A stretch of 63,879 nt of DNA, counting the filler. It is 7 parts of 7 records of this genome, joined end to end, with 100 filler letters (N's around TTAATTAATTAA, not from the genome) between each part and the next. Parts side by side here need not be neighbours in the genome. Positions count along the whole stretch, not along the records: positions 1 to 15,375 come from SRR31156797_33768; 6 more parts are not named here. One strand, 5' to 3'. This document shows positions 1 to 9,816 of the stretch, one piece after another. The notes beneath the pieces are model-generated. The model searched no databases. It saw only the letters and a list, made by a program, of their open reading frames with translations, and was not told where the DNA came from. The position numbers and the translations under genes are program-made. Numbering within the stretch: the first letter of the stretch is position 1; every line of letters starts with the position of its first letter.

Positions 1-439
1 CCAGAGAGCCGGCGCAGGTGAACAGCCCCAGGGTGAAGCGCTCCCCATAACCGGCCTTGATCATGGCCGGAATAAGGATTGAGCCGATGGCGGCCACCGT
101 GGCCAGGCTGGAGCCGGAGATGGCGGCAAAGAAGATGCATGCCATTACCCCGGTGACCGCCATGCCGCCGTTGATGTGTCCCACCACCGCCTGAATGGCG
201 TCTATGAGACGCCGGGCGGTTTTTCCCGCGGTCATGATATTGCCGGCCAGGATGAACAACGGAATGGCCATGAGCACGGTCGTGTCCACCGCACGGTACA
301 TGTGCTTGGCCATAACCAAAAGCGGCGCATGGGTCAGAAGACTCAGGGCCAGAAGCGCGGTGCTGCCGATTACCACGGCCAAAGGAACGCTCAGGGTGGC
401 CAGTGCAAAGAAACTGACGAGCACCAAGACGTCAATCAT
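1..439 (-). CDS. dctM: TRAP transporter large permease, partial (runs off window start)
   Basis: Translated by hand from ATG at 439: MIDVLVLVSFFALATLSVPLAVVIG...LMAIPLFILAGNIM...FFAAISGSSLATVAAIGSILIPAM. These are DctM signature motifs. Not in the ORF track. Confidence 0.93.
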   Translation of the reverse strand, partial: MIDVLVLVSFFALATLSVPLAVVIGSTALLALSLLTHAPLLVMAKHMYRAVDTTVLMAIPLFILAGNIMTAGKTARRLIDAIQAVVGHINGGMAVTGVMACIFFAAISGSSLATVAAIGSILIPAMIKAGYGERFTLGLFTCAGSL

Positions 440-960
440 GGCTCCCCTCCCACCTTGTCATCCCCATTGTTGACGGGCCATACGGATCGCTTGAGCCCTA
501 TGCCGAACAGGGCCGTATACCGCAAAAACATGATGGCCGCCGCCACCGGCATGATTCCGTAAGCCACATAGACCGGCATTTGCAGGGTGGCCGAGGTTTG
601 GCCCAATTGCATTAAACGCGAGGTGAGGTCCCAGGCGAGATAGGTGATGATGGCGGAGTAGGCCGCCCCGACCAGGTTCACAGCCATTTGTACCAATTCC
701 AGGCCCCTGGGCCCGACGATCTTCTCAATTAGTTCAATGCGGATGTGCCGTGCGTATTTCACTCCCAGGGCCGCTCCGAAGAAGGTGAGGTAGACCATCA
801 AGTAACGGTTCACCTCTTCAACCCAGGTGAGGCCGCTGTCAAAACCGTAACGCAGGACCACCTGCACAAAGGCCAGGCATGTCATGGTTAGGGTGGTTAA
901 GACCAGGGCACCTTCCTCAACCCAGCCGCATAAGGAAATTAAACGCCGCATAATACACAT
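436..960 (-). CDS. dctQ: TRAP transporter small permease
   Basis: About four TM segments, motifs QVVLRY, WVEEVNRYLMVY and HIRIE; lies between dctP and dctM. Start could be 951. Confidence 0.92.
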   Translation of the reverse strand: MCIMRRLISLCGWVEEGALVLTTLTMTCLAFVQVVLRYGFDSGLTWVEEVNRYLMVYLTFFGAALGVKYARHIRIELIEKIVGPRGLELVQMAVNLVGAAYSAIITYLAWDLTSRLMQLGQTSATLQMPVYVAYGIMPVAAAIMFLRYTALFGIGLKRSVWPVNNGDDKVGGEP

Positions 961-1012
961 TACCGGACAGGGACGGGCCGAGCAGCCGCGTCCCTCTCAA
1001 TTTAGAGAGTTC

Positions 1013-2044
1013 TTACTGCGCTTCCTGGATGGCCTTTTCCATATTGGCAATCATCTCGGTCATCCGCTTCCGGGTCTTTTCATCCTTGCCGTAAAGCGTG
1101 ATGATCTTGTCCTTAAGCGGGGCGACCACCGCGGCAAACTTTTCCCGCTGTTCTCCGCGCACTTTGACAATTTGCCCGCCTTTATCCGTGATCACTTTGG
1201 CGGCCAGGCCACGCAGGCGCAAATCGATTCGGCGGTTCGCCAGCTGGGCGTGCTCGGTTCCGTCTATGATGACCTTCTGAAGGTTCGGCGGCAGCTTTTC
1301 GAACCAGGCCTTGTTTGCGATAAATGGCATTGTTGTCAAGATAAATTCCATATCCGTGATATATTTGGTGACCTCATAAAATTTAGTGACGAACTGAATA
1401 ACCAAAGGGAGATCCTGCCCGTCCACCACCCCCTTCTGCAGGGCGCTGAACAGTTCGGGGAAGGGGAGCGGAACGGGATTGGCGCCAAATAGTTTGTACA
1501 TCTCGATGGAAATACGGCTCTCATGCACCCGAAATTTGAGCCCTTTAAAGTCCTCGGGTTTGGTTATGGGATGTTTGGTGTTGCCGAAATCCCGCGCTCC
1601 CACTTCCCCATAGAAGCCGGTGGCTACGAAACCGTAATCCTTGAAAGCCTCCCAGAGAGGTTTGACCGCCGGGCCGTCCAGCACCTGATAGGTTATCTCC
1701 CTGTCGGGAAAGAAGAACGGTATCTCCAGAACGTTAACTTCGGGTACGAAGTTCCCCAAAACCGATGTGGTGATGCAGGCCATCTCCAGGGTACCCAACT
1801 GCACGCCTTCAGCCAGGCCACGCTCGTCTCCCAGTTTGCCCGCACCATGGATGGACACCTTGAGCTTGCCACCGCTCATGGCTTCCACATAGGCCTTGAA
1901 CACCTTGAAAGACTGAAAAGTCGGCGCCTTGAGCGGGGCCACCGTGCCGATCTTGAATTCGATTACCTCGTCGGAGGCACCGGCCCCGGATCCCATGAAC
2001 AGCACCAACGAAAGGGCCAGAAGCCCCATTATAAATTTCCTCAT
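1013..2044 (-). CDS. dctP: TRAP transporter substrate-binding protein
   Basis: Signal peptide MRKFIMGLLALSL from ATG 2044; DctP motifs DFKGLKFRV and ELFSALQKGVVDG with the conserved carboxylate-binding Arg. Confidence 0.93.
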   Translation of the reverse strand: MRKFIMGLLALSLVLFMGSGAGASDEVIEFKIGTVAPLKAPTFQSFKVFKAYVEAMSGGKLKVSIHGAGKLGDERGLAEGVQLGTLEMACITTSVLGNFVPEVNVLEIPFFFPDREITYQVLDGPAVKPLWEAFKDYGFVATGFYGEVGARDFGNTKHPITKPEDFKGLKFRVHESRISIEMYKLFGANPVPLPFPELFSALQKGVVDGQDLPLVIQFVTKFYEVTKYITDMEFILTTMPFIANKAWFEKLPPNLQKVIIDGTEHAQLANRRIDLRLRGLAAKVITDKGGQIVKVRGEQREKFAAVVAPLKDKIITLYGKDEKTRKRMTEMIANMEKAIQEAQ

Positions 2045-2125
2045 TTTTCCCTCCTTTTTCCTCGAATTTTTTGGGTTAAAAAACGAATTCACATGGGAGG
2101 CGTATGCAGGCCTCTCCATGAATTG

Positions 2126-2899
2126 TTAGACGATTGAAGCGTTGGGGTGATGCCCCAAGGACCGGGAGATCTCTCCTGCGGTCCGTAGCAGATCCCGGGC
2201 CAGTTCCGGCTGAAGCTTCTCATCCAGCACCCTCTCGGGATGACCGGAAAGGCTAAGGGCGCCGATGACTCTCCCCCGACTGTCGAATAGCGGCGCCCCC
2301 AGGCAGGCAAAGCCGTAAACCGATTCCTCCCGATCCACTGCATATCCGCGCCGCCTGGTGGTCTCAAGTTCCTTCATCAGTTGCTGCGTATCAATGATGG
2401 TTGTTGCGGTAAAAGAAATCATCTGGGTCCCATTGATATAATCGGATAGCTCCTCCGGGAGGAGGTGGGCCAGTACGGCCCTTCCCAAACCGGAGGCATA
2501 GGCGTGTATCCTGGGGCCTATGGACCTTGAGAGCTCGATACGGTTCTGGGGATAGTAGGTGGCGGTAATGAGCATTGCTTCACCATCCCACAGGGCCAAC
2601 CTGGTGATCATGCGCCGATTGCGGGACAGGGCCTGTGCAGGGACATGGGCACTCAGGCTCAGGTCATAAGCCTGTGGCTGGATCATGCCCAACTGACAAA
2701 CCTTGAAGCCCAGACTGTATTTTTTGGTCTTCGGGTCTTTTTGAAGAAAGCCCGCCTCAGTCATGGTTGACATCAAATTATGGGCCGCGGCTTTCGTCAC
2801 GCCCAAAACCTGACTCACTTCAGTAACCCCCAGCTGGGTAATCTGCCGGGTAAAAAGCATGAGAATATGAAGGGCGCGTTCGACTGACTTGACTGGCAT
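2126..2899 (-). CDS. IclR family transcriptional regulator
   Basis: N-terminal HTH (KSVERALHIL); C-terminal GYAVDREESVYGFACLGAPLFD IclR effector domain. Confidence 0.95.
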   Translation of the reverse strand: MPVKSVERALHILMLFTRQITQLGVTEVSQVLGVTKAAAHNLMSTMTEAGFLQKDPKTKKYSLGFKVCQLGMIQPQAYDLSLSAHVPAQALSRNRRMITRLALWDGEAMLITATYYPQNRIELSRSIGPRIHAYASGLGRAVLAHLLPEELSDYINGTQMISFTATTIIDTQQLMKELETTRRRGYAVDREESVYGFACLGAPLFDSRGRVIGALSLSGHPERVLDEKLQPELARDLLRTAGEISRSLGHHPNASIV

Positions 2900-3144
2900 A
2901 ATTCCCCTTATTAATGTAACGGAGATTGTTGATAATATTTATTCGTTTATTATTAACAAACCCAAAATGTTTATGTCAAGTACTTTATCCATCAAGCGGT
3001 ATCGCTGGAAAAGACCAATCATCTTTCCGGAAAATATGTTACAAGCTATAGAAATGTATGAAGAAAAAAATAAATCCATTTTATGGTCCGGCATGATTGG
3101 TCTTTTTTTGCTTGCATAATAAAGTTTTGTTATGATAAATAACC

Positions 3145-3197
3145 GTTCACTTATAGTGAACAAAAATATTGACATCAGAATTTTTCAATTTTAAAAG
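3145..3197 (+). promoter_or_regulatory. Palindromic operator GTTCACT-TAT-AGTGAAC next to a TTGACA -35 box; probable IclR site
   Basis: Perfect 7-3-7 inverted repeat at 3145-3161 and TTGACA at 3169-3174, in the AT-rich region between iclR and the divergent catabolic operon. Confidence 0.6.
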
Positions 3198-3246
3198 AGG
3201 AAGCGACAATGCAACTCAATTTTAGTCGTTGCGGAGATGTTTGACC

Positions 3247-4383
3247 ATGACAACGGATTCTTTTAATAAGCTTAAGTCCGATGTTATGGATAAAAGTCTG
3301 TGTGCTCGCTGCGGCGCCTGTGCCGGGCTTTGTCCCCACTTCGGGTGGCATCAGGACAGAATTGCGCCCTTACATGACTGCTCAGAGCAATCGGGCGCCT
3401 GCGAGGAAGCCTGCCCACGCACCCCCTGCAATCCCGCCACCCTGGCCAGGGCCATGGCGCCGCCGGAAATCATTACCCCGGAAATGGGTCCGGTGCGCAA
3501 CTTATGGGTAACCCGGGCTTGCGATCCGGAGATCAGAAGCCGGGGCCAACATGGCGGTACGGTCACCGCTCTGGCCAACCTCGCCCTGGAGCAGGGGCTG
3601 GTGGATGCCTGGGTCATGGCCGGTCCGGACGGGTCGCTGGGCGGAGTTCCGACTCTATGCCGCACCAAGGCCCAGGTGGATGCCTGCGCCGGTACCAAGT
3701 TGACGTCGGTACCCATATTGGCGGGTTTTCTGGAGGCTGCCCATGGGGAATCAGGGAGATTGGGGGTGGTCGCCACCCCCTGCCAGTGCCTCGCTTTGGC
3801 CAAGATTAAGGCATCGGATCACCCGCGTTTGCAGCGGGCGGCTCAATGCCTGACGCTGGTAGTGGGGCTGTTCTGCGGTTGGACCTTCGACCGCCGTGAA
3901 CTCCGTCAAGCCCTTTCCGAAAAGCTGGACTTGCCTTCAATTACCGCCTTGGATATCCCCCCCAGCCACTACCAGACCCTTGAGACCACCACTCCTGAGG
4001 GGATGACGTCCGTGCCCCTGTCCCAAGTGAGTGGTGCCGTCCGGTCTGCCTGTGGTTACTGCTTTGATCTCACCGCCGAATTGGCCGACATTTCAGTGGG
4101 TTCTGCGCGCTTGCCCCTGGGTTGGCAAGAGGCCCGGCATTGGAATCAGACCGTGGTGCGCTCCCGGGCGGGGCAGGATCTGATGGATCGGGCTGAAACG
4201 GCGGGATTTCTTACCCTGCAAGAGCCCCCTGGGGGCGCCCTGGAAAAACTCAAAACGGCGGCGGCCAAAAAGAAACGGACGGCGCGTCGGAACTTGGCGG
4301 AACTTAGTGGAAACCCGGACGATTTGCTCTATTTGCCGACGGAGTTCGGCAAAATCGCGTCGTCCTTTAGATATGGAGCGTAA
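3247..4383 (+). CDS. Coenzyme F420 hydrogenase/dehydrogenase beta subunit (FrhB/FdhB)-like Fe-S flavoprotein
   Basis: N-terminal CARCGACAGLCP ferredoxin motif; GQHGGTVTAL, VATPCQ, GLFC and CGYCFDLTAELADISVG are FrhB-family motifs. Confidence 0.85.
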   Translation: MTTDSFNKLKSDVMDKSLCARCGACAGLCPHFGWHQDRIAPLHDCSEQSGACEEACPRTPCNPATLARAMAPPEIITPEMGPVRNLWVTRACDPEIRSRGQHGGTVTALANLALEQGLVDAWVMAGPDGSLGGVPTLCRTKAQVDACAGTKLTSVPILAGFLEAAHGESGRLGVVATPCQCLALAKIKASDHPRLQRAAQCLTLVVGLFCGWTFDRRELRQALSEKLDLPSITALDIPPSHYQTLETTTPEGMTSVPLSQVSGAVRSACGYCFDLTAELADISVGSARLPLGWQEARHWNQTVVRSRAGQDLMDRAETAGFLTLQEPPGGALEKLKTAAAKKKRTARRNLAELSGNPDDLLYLPTEFGKIASSFRYGA

Positions 4384-4385
4384 AA

Positions 4386-6302
4386 ATGGTGCATCCCATT
4401 ACACAGGAAAGCCCCGGCCTCGTCATGCTTCTCATGGGCAATGAGGCCATCGCCCGCGGTGTGATTGAGGCCGGGGTCAGCATTGCGGCGGCCTACCCGG
4501 GCAACCCGTCTTCCGATATCGTGGACACGCTGGCCAAGGCCGGTAACGACCTTGCCATGCACGTGGAGTGGTCGGTTAATGAGAAAGTGGCGTTGGAAGT
4601 GGCGGCGGCGGCGGCCATGACCGGGCTGCGGGGCGTTGCCGCCATGAAGCAGAATGGTCTCAATGTGGCTTGCGACTTTCTGTTGAACCTCAACCTTTCC
4701 GGCGTACGCGGAGGCTTAGTGGTGGTGGTGTGCGACGACCCCAGCGGTATCTCCTCCACCAACGAGCAAGATACCCGCTTTTTCGCACGTATGGCCGAGT
4801 TGCCCCTGCTTGAGCCTTCCAGCTTCCAGGAGGCCAAGGACATGACAAAGGAGGCCTTTGAACTTTCGGAGGCGCTGGCTTTACCGGTGCTCCTGCACAG
4901 TGTGACCCGCTTGTCTCACGCCAGGGGTAACGTGGCATTGGGTCCCTTGCCGGGCCCAAGCCCCAAGCCCGGCTTCGACCGTTCGCGGCCCTTCATCAAC
5001 GTGCCGGCGCCGGCCAATGCTCACCGACGGCTCAAGGAAAGGATCGAACGGTGCCGCGATATTTTCGAAGGCTCGCCGCGCAATTGGTATCAGGGTCCGG
5101 ATCGGCCCGAAGTGATTCTGATTACCACCGGGGCCGGGCTGTTCTACTGCCTGGAGGGCATTGACGTCCTGGGCCTGGATGAGCGGGTGGGTGTGCTCAA
5201 GGTGGCCACCACCTTCCCTCTCCCCACCCAATTTTTGCTGAAGTATCTTAAAAGGGCGCCGCGAGTGGTTTTCGTTGAGGATGGCGCCCCGTTCCTGGAG
5301 TCCAGCGTCAAGGAGCTGTACGCCGAGCGTGCCGCCCTGTTGCCCGCGCTGGAATTCTTCGGCAAGGCGGACGCCAGTCTGCCCCAGGTGGGAGAACTCA
5401 ATCCGGACGTGATGATGGGTTTGTTGGCCGGGCTTCTCGAAACGCCGTATCAGACAAGGCCCGACAGCTACGACCGGGGCGTCAGAAAAACGGTCGGTGA
5501 GCTGGTTCCGGACCGGGACATGGCTTTTTGCGCGGGGTGCCCCCATCGGGCCACTTACTGGGCCATTAAACAGGCGCTGGCCCTGGATGGCCGTGACGGT
5601 TTCGTCTGTGGGGACATCGGTTGTTACGGCATGGGCAGCGGCCCCGCCGGTTGGTCCCAGATGGACACCATGCAGGCCATGGGCTCGGGCGCCGGCGTAG
5701 CGGCGGGCATGGGCCAGTTGACGGGCATGGGTCTTGACCAGCCGGTTGTGGCCATTTGCGGAGATTCCACCTTTTATCATAGCGCCCTGCCGGCCTTGAT
5801 CAATGCTCGCCAGCACGGTTCCAACTTTTTGTTCATTGTGCTGGACAATGACGCCACCGCCATGACCGGCTTCCAGCCCCATGCCGGCTTGGGAATCACC
5901 GCCACCGGCCGGCCCGCCCCGCGTATGGCCATAGGGGCGTTATGCAGGGCCATGGGCTACCAAGTTGAAACGTGCGATCCCTACAATCTGAATGTTACCA
6001 CTCGCGCCATCATGGGGGGGTTGGAGCAGGAAGGAGCCAAGGTACTGATATTGAAACGTTCCTGCGCCCTGGTGGCGACCAAGCAAGGGGCGCCGGCCGG
6101 GCGGGTCACCCTGGATGCGGAGCTCTGTATCGGCGCGGACTGCGGCTGTAACCGCATGTGCACCTCGGCGTTCCGATGCCCGGGTCTTGCCTGGGATCCG
6201 GAGACGGGAAACGCCAGGATCGACGAGGCCATATGCACCGGTTGCGGTGTCTGTGTCCAGATATGCCCCACCGGGGCCCTGAAAGTGGAGGTTGCATCAT
6301 GA
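4386..6302 (+). CDS. iorA: Indolepyruvate:ferredoxin oxidoreductase alpha subunit
   Basis: MGNEAIARG, YPGNPSSDI, NEKVALE, FCAGCPHR, GDIGCY, TPP motif GDSTF...LDNDATAMTG, and C-terminal ferredoxin. Confidence 0.93.
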   Translation: MVHPITQESPGLVMLLMGNEAIARGVIEAGVSIAAAYPGNPSSDIVDTLAKAGNDLAMHVEWSVNEKVALEVAAAAAMTGLRGVAAMKQNGLNVACDFLLNLNLSGVRGGLVVVVCDDPSGISSTNEQDTRFFARMAELPLLEPSSFQEAKDMTKEAFELSEALALPVLLHSVTRLSHARGNVALGPLPGPSPKPGFDRSRPFINVPAPANAHRRLKERIERCRDIFEGSPRNWYQGPDRPEVILITTGAGLFYCLEGIDVLGLDERVGVLKVATTFPLPTQFLLKYLKRAPRVVFVEDGAPFLESSVKELYAERAALLPALEFFGKADASLPQVGELNPDVMMGLLAGLLETPYQTRPDSYDRGVRKTVGELVPDRDMAFCAGCPHRATYWAIKQALALDGRDGFVCGDIGCYGMGSGPAGWSQMDTMQAMGSGAGVAAGMGQLTGMGLDQPVVAICGDSTFYHSALPALINARQHGSNFLFIVLDNDATAMTGFQPHAGLGITATGRPAPRMAIGALCRAMGYQVETCDPYNLNVTTRAIMGGLEQEGAKVLILKRSCALVATKQGAPAGRVTLDAELCIGADCGCNRMCTSAFRCPGLAWDPETGNARIDEAICTGCGVCVQICPTGALKVEVAS

Positions 6303-6910
6303 TAGCCAACGATCCTATAAACGTTGTGATTTGCGGAGTGGGGGGGCAGGGAAACGTGCTGGCCTCCTTGATCCTGGGACGATATTTCGTGGACCGGGGC
6401 ATGAAGGTGACCATCGGCGAGACCTACGGCGTCTCCCAGCGGGGCGGCGCGGTCATGAGCCAGTTGCGTATCTCGAAAAGCCGTCAACCCGCCCCCCTGA
6501 TGCCTTCGGCCCAAGCCCATCTGGTGGTGGCCCTGGAGCCGGTGGAGGGTTTGCGCATGCTGGCGCAATTCGGCAATCCCCATGTGTCTCTGCTGACCAA
6601 CACCAGACCCTTGCTCCCCATGTCGGTGCTGGCCGGAGAGCGGGAATACCCCGGGGTCTCCTTGGTGATGGAGCGTATGCGCCGGTACAGTCAGGCCCTG
6701 TGGAGGGTGGACGCAACCGAGATCGCCCTGGGGCTGGGGGGAGCCATCCTGGCCAACATTGTCATGCTGGGGGCCCTGCAGGCCACCGGCTTGTTGCCCC
6801 TGGAGGAGGCGGGCATGCTCCGGGCCTTGGAGGCTTCATTACCGGCGCCACGGCTGGAGAAGAATCTACGGGCTTTTGCCCGGGGCCGCCGGGCCGTGGA
6901 GAGGTATTAA
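6299..6910 (+). CDS. iorB: Indolepyruvate:ferredoxin oxidoreductase beta subunit
   Basis: GVGGQGNVLAS, ETYGVSQRGGAV, ANIVMLGA; ATG at 6299 overlaps the iorA stop (ATGA). Confidence 0.93.
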   Translation: MIANDPINVVICGVGGQGNVLASLILGRYFVDRGMKVTIGETYGVSQRGGAVMSQLRISKSRQPAPLMPSAQAHLVVALEPVEGLRMLAQFGNPHVSLLTNTRPLLPMSVLAGEREYPGVSLVMERMRRYSQALWRVDATEIALGLGGAILANIVMLGALQATGLLPLEEAGMLRALEASLPAPRLEKNLRAFARGRRAVERY

Positions 6911-6913
6911 CCC

Positions 6914-8314
6914 ATGGCGACGACACCCAACACCATGGACGAGAAATTGTGGGTTGAACTGATCCATGTTGCCGGAGAGGAGAATGTCTCCCGCCGGCTG
7001 ATCGATCTGGTTTCCTATTCCTATGACGCGTCCGACCATTCCGGTCGGCCCCAGGCCGGGGTTTGGGCCACCGATACAGACCAGGTTTCAAGGGTTCTGG
7101 AGTGGGCCCAAAGACACCGTGTCCCGGTGATACCCCGGGGCGCGGGCACGAGCCTTTCGGGCATGAGTGTGCCCGCGGCCGGCGGCATTGTGCTGGACAT
7201 GTGCCGCATGAACCAAATCCTGGCACTCAGGGTTCCGGACCGCCTTGCGCTTCTCCAGCCGGGCGTGATCTATGCCGACCTGCAGAAGGCATTGGCGCCG
7301 CACGGCTTCTTTTTCCCGCCCGATCCAGCCAGCGGATCCGTATGCACCATCGGCGGTAACGTCGCCACCAATGCCGGCGGTATTCGGGGTGCCAAGTATG
7401 GCGTTACCCAGGACTATGTTCTGGGGCTGGAGGTGGTGCTGGCGGACGGCACCGTTATGCGTACCGGTTCAAAATGTATGAAAAGCGTCTCCGGCTATGA
7501 ACTTACCAAGCTGTTTGTGGGTTCCGAGGGCACCCTGGGCGTGGTGACCGAGATAACCCTGAAAATACAGCCCCTGCCCCGACACACGGTGACCGGGAGC
7601 ATCGCCTTTGAGCATCTGGCCGATGCCGGGCGCGCCGTAAGCCGGATTGTCCAGGCCGGTATGGTTCCCTCCGTCATGGAGATCGTGGATTCCGTATGCG
7701 TGGGGATCTTGCGGCGTCAGGACGAACTTGAGGTGCCCGATGTGGAGGCCCTGGTACTCCTGGAAACCGATGGCCAGACCGAAGAAGTGGCGGCGCAGGA
7801 GATAGAACGGGCACTTGACATGGCCACCGAGTGCGGGGGAACCCATCGGAAGATCGCCCGTTCCCGGGAGGAAGCCGCCAGGCTTTGGCAGGCCCGGCGC
7901 GCTTTGGGGGGCATTATCACACGGCTGAGACCCAATTTTGCGGTTGAGGATGTAACCGTACCCATATCCCGTGTTCCGGAACTGTTAACGGCGGTGCAAG
8001 ACATCTCCCGCCGCAACAATGTCGAGATCGCCACCATGGGACATGCGGGCGACGGCAACTTGCATCCCGCCTTTACCTTTGACAAATCCGATGCCGACGA
8101 AGCCCACCGGGTGGAAGTGGCCATCTCGGAGCTTTTCGAGGCGACCATTAAACTGGAGGGCACCTTAACCGGAGAACATGGCATCGGACTTTCAAAGGCC
8201 CGTTACCTGGCGTGGGAACACGATGCCACCTCCCTCAAGATGATGAAAGCCCTCAAACGGACCTTCGATCCCAACGGCATACTTAACCCTGGAAAAATGG
8301 CCTTGGACGATTAG
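6914..8314 (+). CDS. FAD-linked 2-hydroxyacid dehydrogenase/oxidase (GlcD/D-lactate dehydrogenase family)
   Basis: PRGAGTSLSG, PPDPAS, TIGGNVATNAGG, GSEGTLGVVT, GHAGDGNLH, GEHGIG and DPNGILNPGK motifs. Confidence 0.93.
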   Translation: MATTPNTMDEKLWVELIHVAGEENVSRRLIDLVSYSYDASDHSGRPQAGVWATDTDQVSRVLEWAQRHRVPVIPRGAGTSLSGMSVPAAGGIVLDMCRMNQILALRVPDRLALLQPGVIYADLQKALAPHGFFFPPDPASGSVCTIGGNVATNAGGIRGAKYGVTQDYVLGLEVVLADGTVMRTGSKCMKSVSGYELTKLFVGSEGTLGVVTEITLKIQPLPRHTVTGSIAFEHLADAGRAVSRIVQAGMVPSVMEIVDSVCVGILRRQDELEVPDVEALVLLETDGQTEEVAAQEIERALDMATECGGTHRKIARSREEAARLWQARRALGGIITRLRPNFAVEDVTVPISRVPELLTAVQDISRRNNVEIATMGHAGDGNLHPAFTFDKSDADEAHRVEVAISELFEATIKLEGTLTGEHGIGLSKARYLAWEHDATSLKMMKALKRTFDPNGILNPGKMALDD

Positions 8315-8503
8315 TCCGGAGGGCATATCATTTTCCGGATTAACCTCTGATGTGGTCGGAAATTTCTTCGAATATGCGCGGATGCGGGAGAAAGGGCGTG
8401 TGGATCATCGTCCCCTCGGCCGTTCCCTGATATGCTTTCTTGGTCGGCATGAGCCTGTTTAAGGGTGGCACGGGGAACGGTTGAGAAGAAGATTTGAAAT
8501 TTA

Positions 8504-9046
8504 TTATTTGCCGTCTTCCGCGAAGGCAAATCCGCGTTCAATGGCTTTTTGATTGGCTTCGAAAAATTTATCCTTCCCTTTCATGGCCGCCTGCATCCCC
8601 TTAATGGTCTCGTCCAGGGAGAGAAGGCCTGTTTTGGCACAAACCGCTCCGATCATGACCATGTTTCCGCCGCGGGCGTTGCCCACTTCCTTGGCCAGCT
8701 CCACAATGGGTACCTGTAGAAATTCCACATCCGTGCGGGATGGCGTGTTCGGAATCAGGGATGAATTCAGAAAGATGAGCCCACCCTCAATAATGGTCGG
8801 TTCGAATTTGTCCAGGGAAGGGCCGTTCATGGCAACCAGCACATCCGGGTTGGACGCTACGGGGGATGCAATTTTTTTGTCTGAAACGGTCACCGAGCAG
8901 TTGGCGGTGCCGCCGCGCATTTCAGCGCCGTAAGATGGAAAATAGGTGATATTGAGACCCTTATGCATTGCACCATGGGAGAGAACATACCCCATGAGCA
9001 AAACACCTTGGCCGCCAAAGCCTGCAAAAGTCGTCCGGGTAATCAT
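8504..9046 (-). CDS. 2-oxoacid:ferredoxin oxidoreductase gamma subunit (Vor/Kor type)
   Basis: AGFGGQGV, PSYGAEMRGGTANC, NMVMIGA. Confidence 0.92.
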   Translation of the reverse strand: MITRTTFAGFGGQGVLLMGYVLSHGAMHKGLNITYFPSYGAEMRGGTANCSVTVSDKKIASPVASNPDVLVAMNGPSLDKFEPTIIEGGLIFLNSSLIPNTPSRTDVEFLQVPIVELAKEVGNARGGNMVMIGAVCAKTGLLSLDETIKGMQAAMKGKDKFFEANQKAIERGFAFAEDGK

Positions 9047-9816
9047 TTTTTATCCTCATATCCGCTGTCATCTTTGATCACACCCAAGGGGTAGGTTTTC
9101 ACCATTTCCTTATTGACCCATTCCCAGGAAGCCTTAGGTGACATTTTCCAGTTGGTGGGGCATGGCGATAGCAGTTCAACCAGAGAGAACCCCTTGTCAT
9201 CCAACTGGCACTGGAATGATTTCTTGATGGCTTTCTTGGCCTTTCTGATCTGTTTGAGAGTTGTCAGCGCACACCGCTCCACATATACCACGCCGTTCGA
9301 TACGGCCAGCATCCGGGCGATGTCGATGGGATTGCCGTGACGCCGTTGATCCCTGCCCCCGGGTGTGGTGGTGGCGTTCTGCCCCAGTGTCGTGGTAGGG
9401 GCCATCTGCCCTCCGGTCATGCCGTAAATGGCGTTATTGATGAAAATGGTTGAAATCCGTTCCCCCCGGTTGCCGGCATGGATGGTCTCCGCAGTGCCTA
9501 TGGCCGCCAGGTCTCCGTCACCCTGGTAGGTCAATACCAGTTTGTCCGGGTGAACCCGTTTGATGCCCGTGGCCACGGCTAAAGCCCGGCCATGGGGGGC
9601 TTCGACCATGTCGAAATTGAAATAGTTGTAAGCTAAAACGGCACAACCCACGGGGGGAACCCCGATGGTCGATTCCCGAAGATTCATTTCGTCCAGAACT
9701 TCCGCCACCAGACGGTGCGCAATGGAATGGCCGCAACCGGGGCAATAATGGGTCGGGTTGTCTTTCAGGGATTCCGGAAAGCCAAAAATCTTTTTATATG
9801 CTACTTCAGCACTCAT
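9043..9816 (-). CDS. 2-oxoacid:ferredoxin oxidoreductase beta (TPP-binding) subunit
   Basis: YCPGCGH, HGRA, GDGDLAAIG, NNAIYGMTGGQMAPTT, SPCPT. Confidence 0.93.
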   Translation of the reverse strand: MSAEVAYKKIFGFPESLKDNPTHYCPGCGHSIAHRLVAEVLDEMNLRESTIGVPPVGCAVLAYNYFNFDMVEAPHGRALAVATGIKRVHPDKLVLTYQGDGDLAAIGTAETIHAGNRGERISTIFINNAIYGMTGGQMAPTTTLGQNATTTPGGRDQRRHGNPIDIARMLAVSNGVVYVERCALTTLKQIRKAKKAIKKSFQCQLDDKGFSLVELLSPCPTNWKMSPKASWEWVNKEMVKTYPLGVIKDDSGYEDKK

